Source of the DNA: Parabacteroides goldsteinii
GTDB lineage: Bacteria; Bacillota_I; Bacilli_A; RFN20; CAG-826
Assembly: GCA_963632335.1 (NCBI GenBank)
Contig: CAVGUA010000109.1
Span: 21,982-85,981, forward strand
DNA: 64,000 nucleotides
Direction: 5' to 3'
Shown: one piece after another, positions 29,501 to 40,745 of the stretch
Layout: each line of letters starts with the position of its first letter
Position numbering within the stretch: the first letter of the stretch is position 1
Notes under the pieces: generated by a model
Database searches by the model: none
What the model was told of the DNA's origin: nothing
Seen by the model: the letters and a program-made list of their open reading frames with translations, nothing else
Position numbers and translations under genes: made by a program

Positions 29501-32500
29501 GCATCAGGGTCGTTGAAGTTTCTATTAAGTCTATGAGTGAAATTACTGATATAGCAGTCGCCTCTAAATACAGCTATTACACTATCATTCATTGTTCTTG
29601 TGTTTCCTCTAGAATCAGTATAACTTAATGAACTACACCTATTTGTATAATCATGATATTCAACTCGGTCGGTAACAGCATAATATGGAGATTGATCGTT
29701 GAAGCGTATTTTAAATTTAGTAAAATCACTAGTTGATTCATTGCCTGGAACATAAATATTTACAATTTCAGACGGTAATAAATTCTTATTCCCAGACATC
29801 CCCAAGTAAGCACCAAATGAACCACGAATAATAGCAGAATTTAACGGAGTATAACCTTTTGGTGTGCTATCTCCAAATATTGCTTTTGCTCCAGACGCAA
29901 CACCTTGCATTATACCTGCTGTGGCAGCACCAGTTGCAACTGCAACCCCAAGTGTTAATGCTGTTGCAGCAACTGTTGAACCAACAGCTGTAGCAACGCC
30001 ACCTATTGTTGTTATTGCTCCAATTGCAGAAACTGCACCACCAATGCTTATTGGTGCAGCTGCACCCCAAGTACAAACTGTTACTGCTACTGCAGCTGCA
30101 ACTGTGACAGCAATTGAGACAATTTTGAGCCATTTTTTAAATTTTGACTTTTTCTTTTTGAAAGATACATAATTATCTTTTGTCGGTATTTTATATCTTT
30201 CTTTAGGTACACAAGAAACAAAAGAAATATCTTCTGCTTCTCCGCATCTTGCACGGAAGTTATGTCCATTATTTCGTATAAGTGGAGTGTTGTCTGGGAT
30301 TGAAATTATATGTAATTGCTCTAAAATATCTTTTGTTGGTTTTTTCCAGCAATTATTCCATGAGCAAAACATGAATCTATCATTGTTTTCATCGCAAATC
30401 ATTCTTAATTGGTCTGTAACATTTTTTACAGGGAATTTTCCTCCGCTAAAAATTGAATTATAATATGACTAGTTTAATTCAAATTCGGGACAAAATGCAG
30501 TTAATGTTTCAGTACTTGGCTCATCTAGTAGTTTTTCAGTAAATTCTGTTGAAGTATATGATTTTTTTGTTTTAGTAGGCCATGATATTAATTGTGGATT
30601 AACATCCGCGTCATCTAAATCTTCATCGTCATTTACTGGCAAACTAGCATCAGTCTTCAAAAATGTTTCAGTGCAATAAAGAGCAGGTTGAGATGTATAG
30701 TCATTTGCGTGGTTTATTCTAATAATAGGAGTTCCAGAAACATCATCAAAACCTTCCGTAAAAGCCTGTGCTAATATTGTTGGTATTCTTTTTTGACGCA
30801 CAATAAAATGTCCTTTTATATGATGCTTTTCTCTTAACTCCTTAATAACATCATCTCCAACCTTTATTGCTAAACCATATATCACTGGATTGCCAAATTC
30901 AAATTGTTCAACTGATTGTTCTCTGTATTCTCCACTTGCTTTATTGACATTTGTACTGCTGGATTCATAATCCCATTGTTCCTCTGTAGACTTCCTTTTT
31001 ACAGCAATCTAATCAGAAGGAAAACGAACAACGCCAGCTGAATTTTCTAGTGTCAATTTGTTTATCCAATTAGTATCATAATCAATAGTAAACGTATCGC
31101 GTTCTGTATATGGATTATTATTAGAACATATCGCTATTTTCCCTGTTTTGTCAGCAATTTTAACTGTATCTGGCTGCTTGTCCCATTCTGTTGAATAAAA
31201 AGGAGAAGGTGTGTTTGTGGTGACCATCACGTCTTCAATATTGGTTAACTCTCCAATACCTCTTATATTAAAAACAGGTGTTAAGCTACCATCGTCCATT
31301 ATATAAACAACACCAAACCGATACATCTCTTCTGGCCAATAACCAACATAATTGTATACGCTTGATGCATTATAATACCCTCCTATACCATAAGCATCTT
31401 CACCATCGTATTGTGGATAGCCAACTAAAGCATCACATGAAAGAACTTGATAAAATGGCAAGAACTCAAGACTGAGTTTTTGTAATTCGTCATAATCAAT
31501 TTTAGGCTTTGTGGCATTGCCAAGGAATAACATGTTTTGACACTGAGCTTGTGTTTTTACCCTACTAAAAATTTGATGTTCTGAAAGTATCTCGTCTTTT
31601 GCGGCTACTTCAGTTGTTTCAGTTCCTGTGATTATAAATGAGCAGCTCTATGACAATATTCTATATTTGTCTAATATTTTATGATATGTGACATTTCCTT
31701 CAGCACCAGAAGCATTGCTGCTTCTTGAATAATATATAGAAAGATAATCATATGCTGTATCAATATTTGATACAGTTAAATTAATACCTTTGTATGAATT
31801 TTCGTCAAGCTGTCCTCCTCTAATTGTTTGTGGACTATTTATATTTCCAATATAAACAGGTATACATCCAGTTTCGGCGATAACATCAGTTTCATTTCCG
31901 TCAGCGTCAGCCAACTTGAAATAAAACGTATACATTCCAACTTTTAATTGACCACCATATGTTAATCCATTGAATGTTATAACAGGTATGTGTTTATATC
32001 GTTTATTTAAAGACGTGTCAAGATCAAACTCATCACTATCATACAAATTTGTATCTGTATTTCCCTTTCTATCAACACGTTCATAAGTATTTAATTCTAA
32101 AGGAGTAAATCTGGTATTTATTAATCTTGGAATATTTTTATTATCATTTAAGATAAGGTTTGTTGAACCATCATAAGACTATTGACATTCTATTTCAACA
32201 GGATGCCTTAAATCAAAATCTAAAACATCTGTTTCTCCATTGCCTCCTGTTATTAAATCTTCTATAATTCCATCCTCTTCAAAAACAAGGGGATAAATGT
32301 CACTTGTTACATGTTTTAGGCCTACAATATTTCCATCACTATCATATTTCCTATGAGCATTGTCAAGGCATTTGTAGTATTTACCATTACGAGTAAAATG
32401 ATAAGCTGACTCTTCCGAAACTTCAGTCACGATTTTGTTTGCAGAAGCATATAAGTCTAAAATACCAACACCATATTTATATTCATCAGATACACTTGTG

Positions 32501-33309
32501 TTTGTCAAAACAGTGCTATCAGAAAAATCATCAGTGGCATCACCTGCAGGAGTGCTGTATTTATAATTGCTTACAATAAATTTTGTATCAACGTTTTTAT
32601 ATTCTGTTTTTAAAACAGAAACTAGTTTTATGTCGAGACTGCCAACGTTACTTATCAAACCTGTTGCATTGATAAATACTATATTATCGGTATAATCAAT
32701 TGTTTTACCTGAACTGTCTTTTGTTGGCAGTTCATCTTTAGAACCAGATAACGACATTGCAAGTTGTCTACAGAGTTCCTACACTGAACCGCAATTAGAA
32801 AAACATGAAGAAACAGGAATGTTTTTTAAATCTATTTCTGTCTCACCATCACTCCAAGTTGTGTTATTGACGTAATATTTTACATTTGTTGTTTCTGAAT
32901 TACTATCAGCTTCTACACTACTGACTTTAGATGTTGTGACAAGAGGTCCAATAGTTTTCTATTGAGAATCAAAACTAATGCTTGTTATACCTGAAAAACC
33001 AAGATTCTCTAAAAGGGTTTTAAATGAACGAGAAAGCTAAACAGAATAAGTTACTTTACTGATTGTTGTTACTTGTTTGGTTATTGAACTAGAAGCCGCT
33101 TCAATTAAACCTGCCTCTAGCACATTGTTAATAGCACCGTTATTCCAAATGACAACATTAGTCAATATATTCCTATCTGCAGACAAATAGTTGCCTTCGG
33201 AATCCTTTAAATACTAATTACCTTTTCTAAAATTATATAATGGATTGTACTCCCAGGCCATTGACCCTTTATTTTTTATACATTGTGTTGCGTATTTTAT
33301 TCGCGTCAT
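26581..33309 (-). CDS. 2,242-aa tail-associated protein with an internal 87-aa Ala/Gly/Val/Thr hydrophobic segment
   Basis: Fragments 26581 (TAA), 27742, 28570, 29146, 30469, 31009, 31648 and 32179 share one frame; all but the first end in TAG. Every gap was checked. The ATG at 33307-33309 is 2 nt after the upstream TAA. Confidence 0.8.
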
Positions 33310-33311
33310 AT

Positions 33312-36300
33312 TTATTTTATTATGTAAAAATTAGAGTCTGCTGGGCCGATGCCAGCTTCATATCTATGATCCATATCAGTGGCAAATGAAAATAAACATT
33401 GATAACCTCTTTCTGAAGAAGTTGAAGGATGATCATGCAACCAAGTGCCTGTATACCAATAATTTCTACAATAAATTTCGTTTTTGCCAGCAACAATAGA
33501 ATAGTCTTTGCCTATAAAACCAACATATTTTTCTGTAGTAAAATTACTTGTATTAGAGCTAATCTCTTTCCACGGCAATACTTCATACGTTGGATCATTA
33601 GTTGAAATTTTAGTTGTAGCCCCTTTCATATAAACGGGTACGTATTCACTATTATCATCAACCCATTTAAAATCTGCTTTTGATAATAATGTGTCTACAA
33701 ATGTATTGCTTCTAATTCCTGTATAGATACAATTATTGTTTAATGTAGGTTCACCAACGTTAAATGATAATATATCAGAATTGTTAGAAGCCACGAAATA
33801 ACCCGATCTTGATATAACTGTATTTTTATCAACCATTACGTCGCTGTAATTTTCGCTAATATCCAATTGAGAATATGGCTCTTCAATTGTAACAACACTT
33901 TCTTTATTACAAGCAAAAGATATTTTATAAGCATCAAAAGTATTGGCACTTATGCCTTTGTAGTAGAAACAATTATCAATATCATAATTAACTGTTATAG
34001 TATTTATCACTGTATGACTTTTTGTAATATCTTCTATTGCAATGTTTTGAATTTTTGAAGTTTGCTGTATTGAATTAACATTGCTTGTTAACGTATGATT
34101 ATTTTTTAATTCTGTTAAAAATGTAGTTATCCTGCTATCTTCTGAAGAACCTATATATTTACTATATGGCGGCATTTCACGGTCTTCTACATCTATTTTG
34201 TAGGTGCCTGACCCATATCCGTATAAAGTGCCATAGTCATAGCCATTAAAGGCTGATTTTTCCTAATATAGACTTGGAAAAATGATATTTGTAGGCGAAT
34301 ATCCATTTTGAGTTTGTACAGCCAAAATACTAACACAATATGAACCTAATAGCTTAAAATCGTCAGTTTTAATATCACAAACTTTCATGTGCCCTAAAAA
34401 AGCAAGCATTGGAAGTTGTGGCTCTGTTTTTAATAAATTGCTAGTAGCCAAATAACTATTTGGAATTAAATACGAGAAAGTATCTTTTGTTCTACTCTCG
34501 CTTGCTTTTTTATATGCACTTACTTGCAAATTGTCTTTTAATAGCTCATATTCACCATATAAATTTTCCAAACAAAAAACAGTTTTTGTCCTACCATCTT
34601 GTTTCCTTCCTCCAGATGAATCAAAAAAACAAGCAAACATTTTATCTGTTGTTGTTTGTTTTGGCAAAACATGATAACTTCTATTACTTGATATTAAACT
34701 TATATATTCGTTTCCTGTATCGTTTGTTATATAATTAATTTCACCATTATTTGTAATACTGTATTTATAAGAAACTGTTTTTTTGAATTTTAAATCACTT
34801 ACTTTATTCCATGTAATTAAATTGTCAGGGTCATCCGTTTTTATCCCACCACTAGGTATGCTAAATTTCGCCTAGCTATTTTTAATAGAGAATAAATTCA
34901 ATATACTTTCGTCAAATGTAAATGTAAATTCGGCATTGTATGTTTTTGTTGCAGTATATTCAGCCGTACCTTTAGCAATATCATCAATGTCAGGAATATC
35001 CATTGATTCACACTTTGTTTGTAAAACAGAATTAACCTTTGGAGTAAAAACTAAAGTTTTTGAATCGGTAGTTATATCACCCTCTTTAGTGTCTCCGTCA
35101 CGAATGAATGTGTCTGTTGAATTATATAACGAATTTCCATCTGGTACAGTAATTATTACAAACACATCACTATTACTTGTTGTGACTGTTGAATTATTTG
35201 ACATTGTTTTGTCAACTGAGATCCACGCATAATAAATACTATCCAAACTTAATGTAGTGCCATAATTTTCAGTTTCTTTTGGCTGAAGATATATTCCATC
35301 AACAAACGATGAATTATAATTATTACGTGAAGTTAATGTTTTCGTTATATGATATTTTGCATAATCACCAGTTAAATATTTTGATATATTTTCACAATTG
35401 CTTGGGTTTTTTTCTGCTGCGGTGTATTTACTACAGATTTTATTCCAACCATAGTAATCAACACAATGTAATGTTACGTTGCTAATAAATTGCTTGTTTT
35501 TTAGATATGTTTGCAATTGGTATTTTAACAAAAGCTATCCATAATCAGTTGCGTCTTCAATATAATATTGAATTGACTAAAACAAAATTTTGCCTGAATT
35601 TAGCCACGCCAAATTAAAACTTCCTTTTGTTGTTAACTAACTCAACCAGCCATTATTAAAGTTTTCATGTGTTGTATCTGAGATTCTATAGTATGGTGTG
35701 ATTTCATAATTTAAATAAGCTTTTGCATCAGACAAACTTGCAATAGTTTCTTCTGTTTTTATGCCATCTGGCCAACCTATTTTAAAATTGAAAACCTTTT
35801 CATAGCTATCATACGCTTCCTTGTCATCATTATCAATCGTAACATCCTTATCAGAAATTAATTCAATTGATTCATAGTTATTGCCTTGTTCTGCTGGCGA
35901 AATCTTTATCTTATAAGTATTTATTGCAATATTTGCATATTTCTTTATGAAAGAATAACGAATAAAATAAGCCGATGCGGTATTAACAGGATTAATTAGC
36001 CAATAATATTCAGCGTTTGCCTGTTTGCCAGTGACCTACCCTTCAACTTGGCTCATTAATGCTTCTTTGCCAATTTCTCGTTCTGTGCCAATAGAACAGT
36101 CTTCATACAAATATATGTCTTGATATGGCTTACTACTTGCGTCCTTTATTTCATATACTAAACAATCATCTGTAAAAATTATTGGTTGGTTATATAAATT
36201 TAATGTATAATATGTGAGCAAGTTGATTCCCATTGAACACTCAGAAGGAAGGTCAACTCCTTGTATATTAACAAAGGTAGGCTCCATAACTCCTTCTATA

Positions 36301-37289
36301 AAACTTGACAAAATATCAGGAGTGTTTAGCGTAAAAATCAAATATAAATCACCAACAATTTTATTTTTATAAATATTCCAAATAATATCCTTAGTATCAG
36401 TTACATCCTTCATATTAATAAAGGACTGATAATAAATATCACTATGTGTTTTATTGTTTGAATCCACATAATCACATTGACACCAGCTATAGAAGTCATA
36501 GGTGCAAGTATTTACATTAGGTGGCGTGTTTGTCCAATTCTTTTTATAAGTGATTTTATTATCGCCTGAAAGTTCAGTTATATTATACCAATATTGAGAA
36601 GCTAAGGCATTTAATGCAATGTTTGTCAAGTTGCCAGATGCATCAATAACCGCCACATCCATTTTTAAACTTCCTCTTTGAAGCCAAATCATTAAATTGT
36701 CAATAACATATTCTGTATTGTCATCAGGAATATGTATTGAAAATTTATCACCAGGTCGAATTGTATCAGCAAGCATTATTTTCTAAGTTAAAGAATCTAT
36801 TGTGGCTTCTCTTATATAACTATATTCTTTAACTACTGAACTATCATCATTTCCTACGTATTTTGAATAAACTATATTATCAGCACCAAATTCAATATTA
36901 GTGCTTGCTGATTCATATTTTTGCTCGCTTTTGTATGACTAAGTAAAATTTTCCAATTTTTTTACCGAGGAGCCATTTTCGTCACTGCTCACATTTCTTT
37001 CTGGACTAGGGAAACACCCAATCTAACTCTATTTTGTTAATGGATTATGGCTTGCAACATAAACAATTCCTCCAAACTCCTTCATTCCTACAGGCACAAA
37101 TCCAGCTGGCAAATAAGCAGATTCCACACGTCCATTGCCCATGTCGTTTTGCAAAATAAACTCATTGCCATCCATTGTGATTGTTGTAGCATTTAAGGCT
37201 CCTGCAAGTTCCGTTTTTGACATTGCAATTGGATTTTTGTCAAGCACCATGCCCTCTTGCCATTGATTTATCGACGTTTGTCTTGCCAT
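33312..37289 (-). CDS. 1,325-aa tail/receptor-binding-type protein
   Basis: Fragments 33312 (TAA), 34263, 34872, 36036 and 37029 share one frame. Gaps were checked. ATG at 37287-37289 with an in-frame TAA upstream. Confidence 0.8.
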
Positions 37290-38236
37290 ATCGTTTTGTT
37301 AATTTTCATCAAGTCTTTCATTGTAAAATTGGTACCATCTCGTATATATATTGCCTTCTTAAAAGGGATTGTACCATCACTATTCAAATCTGTTTTTAAA
37401 ATTTTATATAATTTATTTGTTGCCGCTGCAAGGTCGCATAATATTTCATACTTCCATAATTTTTGTCTTACTATTTCATCTGAAACTATTAAGTTTTTTG
37501 GCATCTGAAAATAATAATAATCATCAGCAGGCTTTTTTCTGCGATTATATAAAACCCCAAGTTTCGTTATTAATTTGCTTTGATAATAAGCCTTATGCTT
37601 TAACGAATCTGTAGTTAATTTTCCAACCAAAAATAAAAAATCTCTAACTTTAAAGCATATATCTCCACCATATTGTATGTGACGATATACTGAATCAAAA
37701 CCATATGTCATGATATACAGCAAATCTTTTATGTTTAAAGTTGGAAACATTTCCTATAAAACACTTTTATAATCAACTACTTTTTTTTCATTTTTCTAAA
37801 AAAAAATTGTTTGATTTTCAGTATGTTCGATTAATTTTCTTTTTTCATCGCCACTTATATAAACTCGCAAAAATGGATCTTTAATATTTCTGTTTTTTCT
37901 ATGTATTACTAAAGCTAATGCAGAAAAATTAGTCTTTAAGAAATCAACGTCCTAAAATACGCCCAATCTTCGTAGCCTTTTAAAATCTTCTCCTGCATAA
38001 CGTTTTACATACATTGAAAAATTACTCCTACCAGGGAAGATAAATTCAATATCATTGTCAATTATATCATTTATGATATATTTGAGTGTCTTCATAAACA
38101 CATAATGAACAAATCGTATTTTAGAATAATCATGAAAATACTACCATGTTTCCTTTTGTGTAAAATGTATTTTTTTTAAATCAAAATTCTCAAATATATC
38201 AAATAAATCAAAGCAATATCCTAAAGCAAATCTCAT
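37268..38236 (-). CDS. 322-aa basic protein, unknown function; first gene of the giant-gene transcription unit
   Basis: Track fragment 37268..37750 (TAA stop) extends upstream through four in-frame TAG to the ATG at 38234-38236, which is preceded by an in-frame TGA. It overlaps the next gene by 22 nt. Confidence 0.65.
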
Positions 38237-38332
38237 AAATCATTTTATATATTATTTAAAAATACATTTAATACATTCTATTTTCTAAAAAAATGGAATT
38301 AACGATACTTTTATATATATAGTTAATGCTCA
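38237..38332. promoter_or_regulatory. Divergent intergenic region (candidate promoters for both strands)
   Basis: The only divergent gene junction in the window: 96 nt, very AT-rich. I recognised no consensus promoter. Confidence 0.3.
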
Positions 38333-38620
38333 ATGAAAATGAATAAATTACAACAATTTAAAGACATAATTAATGGTCATGTAAAAGAAGTTTTAAACGA
38401 TGAAGAAGCATTATTAAAAAGACGTTTAAAAAAATGTAAATCATGCCCGTTGTTTACAGATAAATTAGGCGGCATGTGTGACCGTGATAAATATTATGAT
38501 TTTTAGAATAACAAGCAGTGCAAACCTGAAGATTCTGAAAATTGTATACATGGCTGTGGGTGCAGACTATAGGCAAAAGGAAGGCTGCCTTATGCAAATT
38601 GTGTTGCTAATAAATGGTGA
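38333..38620 (+). CDS. 95-aa Cys-rich (CxxC ... HGCGC ... C) zinc-ribbon-like protein
   Basis: ATG at 38333, in-frame TAG at 38504 and 38570, TGA at 38618-38620. Nine Cys residues, including KKCKSCP and CIHGCGCRL. Confidence 0.6.
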
Positions 38621-38623
38621 TAT

Positions 38624-39454
38624 ATGGAGAAAGCAAAAATTTTTGTTACTGATTTAGTTAAGCAGTATTCAGGTGTTTTTGACGTTCAATTTTGGAGTAC
38701 GTATAAAGCTTTAGAAAGATTACTTCCTGCTGATGTTTGGAAAGAAGAAAGGAAGAAATTTATGGACACAAGAGTTGTTAATAAAAAAATATTAACTAAA
38801 TATGAAATCACATAGGAACAATTGGATTCGACTTGCGCAGACATTAAAACTGAGTGGCAAAAAAAGAGTGATGAAGCCGCAGAAAGAGGAATTAAAATCC
38901 ACGCATAGATTGAACAATAGTTTAAAGATCCGAGTAGTTCTATAGATCTTAAAGCATTCGGTATTGGTGGGATTATAGATGTCCCAATATGTAATATATC
39001 TACTCCTGATCTTCCCTCTGGCGTTTATTCTGAGTACCCCATTCTTGTTGATTGCGGAGATATTATACTTAGTGGTAGAATCGACTTGCTTGTCAGAGAT
39101 GGCAACGACATATATATTGTTGATCATAAAACCAATAATTAGATAAAAAATAAGGGTGTGTATAATGGGAAAAAACATGATATACAAAAAATGAAATTCC
39201 CATTAAACGATTTGGAAGACACTACGTTTAATCATTATTCAATGTAGCTGTCGATTTATGCCTGGATGTTGCAATAGCTTTTTAAAGATATTCAAATAAA
39301 AGAATTAATAATCAATCATTTTGGTGAAGGTAATAAACATGAGTTTATTCATTGTGACTACATGAAAGAGCATGTTGAAAAACTAATGAATCAATATTAG
39401 AAAAAAATAAAGCATAAAACACAGCTTGATAAGTTAAAGCCGTTTGAATATTAA
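38624..39454 (+). CDS. PD-(D/E)xK (RecB/Cas4-like) nuclease, 276 aa
   Basis: ATG at 38624, seven in-frame TAG, TAA at 39452-39454. Motifs: GIKIHA, GRIDLLV, IYIVDHKT and Q(TAG)LSIYAW (QxxxY). Confidence 0.75.
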
Positions 39455-39496
39455 AAAAATAGTAGTTGATTATATTAATCAACTACTATTTTTTTA
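39453..39496. terminator. Bidirectional rho-independent terminator
   Basis: 15-bp stem aaatagtagttgatt/aatcaactactattt with a 5-nt loop. An A-run lies upstream and a T-run downstream, immediately after the nuclease stop. Confidence 0.7.
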
Positions 39497-39804
39497 TCTA
39501 ATAACATTTCCTTGTATAATATAAGTTTTTATTTTCAACAACTTGTGTGTGCAATATTTATGTTAAAACCAGCCAAAAGTACTTTCGTTGTTTTATTTTA
39601 ATCGACGTTTATAACAATAACATCTGACATGCTAATCTAAAGCAAATGTTTATACAAAGTTTTTGACTAAAATAATCTTTTATTGCTTTTCTCCAAGCTT
39701 TGCCTTCTTTATATTTTTATTAACGGCTCCCATCTGGGGCTGTATTCATATTGCACCTAGCCAAATTTTGACAAAAATTGTTTATTTTTTTTTCTTCAAT
39801 TGGT

Positions 39805-40680
39805 TTAATATATTCCTTTTAATTTTAAATCACCACACGTTAACATTTGATTGCCTAAGCAATAAACATATATAGTTTCGTTGTTGCATAAAAACGAACC
39901 AATCAAATTGCATTCTGTTAAAACATTATGCCCAGCATCGTCTATAAGAGATAAATAGCGTTTTTCGTTTTCTGGTATACAGAAATAATGATAATTATTT
40001 TCACCAATTATAGGAATCCAAAAATTTTGCCTTCTTCCGTATGAAGGCTTTTTTGAATTTTCATGATTAGTATACTTTTTGATGATTTCATCTAATGTGA
40101 ATGGCTCTGCGTTACTTTTTGTTTCATACCACATGATGCCATTAATTGCAGTTAAGTAAAATTGCTAACTAAATTTTTTTGACATCCCTTCGTTATATCG
40201 ATAGTCGTTCGGGTCAGTTATTGCCTTTGTCGTGATTTCAAACGTCAAATCAACGTAACCTTTTTTTAAATCTTTAATTGCAAATAAGCTATTCAATAAA
40301 TATTCATTAAAATCATCCTTAGTGCCTGTTTGTTTTAGTATTATATTATTTTTTTGCTCAACAGTTAAAGACCAAGTTTCAATTTCTGCTTTTAATTCGT
40401 TAGGGGCATTTTTATATTCGTCGCTAAAAACAATTGTAATCAATTCTACCGAAGTAGAACCTATAATTATATAAGGGTCTGGTGCGTCTATTGTAAATTC
40501 AGGAAAAACACAATGGGGTGCTACCATTCTTTTTACTACTTCTTTGACAGATAAATCTGATAATTCATCTTTTGCATTTATATTGCCAATTTTAGTTGTA
40601 GCATATGTTGGCTCGTCATAAAAACCTGGAGCAATCGAATATGTTTCTCCGTTAAGCCTGATATTTTCAATGTTTTTCAT
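39805..40680 (-). CDS. 291-aa hypothetical structural-module protein
   Basis: Fragments 40165 (TAG) and 39805 (TAA) share one frame and are joined. The ATG at 40678-40680 follows the terminator T-run. The longer track start at 40731 lies inside the hairpin. Confidence 0.65.
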
Positions 40681-40695
40681 AAAAAAAATATTATA

Positions 40696-40733
40696 AATTG
40701 CACACAATACTACGTCTAGTATTATGTGCAATT
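40696..40733 (-). terminator. Rho-independent terminator
   Basis: 17-bp stem with a 4-nt loop. The single mismatch is C.A on the plus strand but a G.U wobble in the minus-strand RNA. T8 follows on the minus strand. Confidence 0.65.
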
Positions 40734-40745
40734 TAGGAAAATATA

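Noticed and set aside
29867-30133. Minus-strand 88-aa Cys/Ser-rich ORF, plus 29160..29345 and 30087..30269.
   Set aside because: These are alternative frames of the GC-rich hydrophobic block of the 2,242-aa gene. The main frame is continuous through this region.
39663-39875. Plus-strand 70-aa hydrophobic ORF in the silent spacer.
   Set aside because: It has a non-ATG start and Phe/Ile-rich low complexity typical of AT-rich noise. It also overlaps the 3' end of the minus-strand gene ending at 39805.
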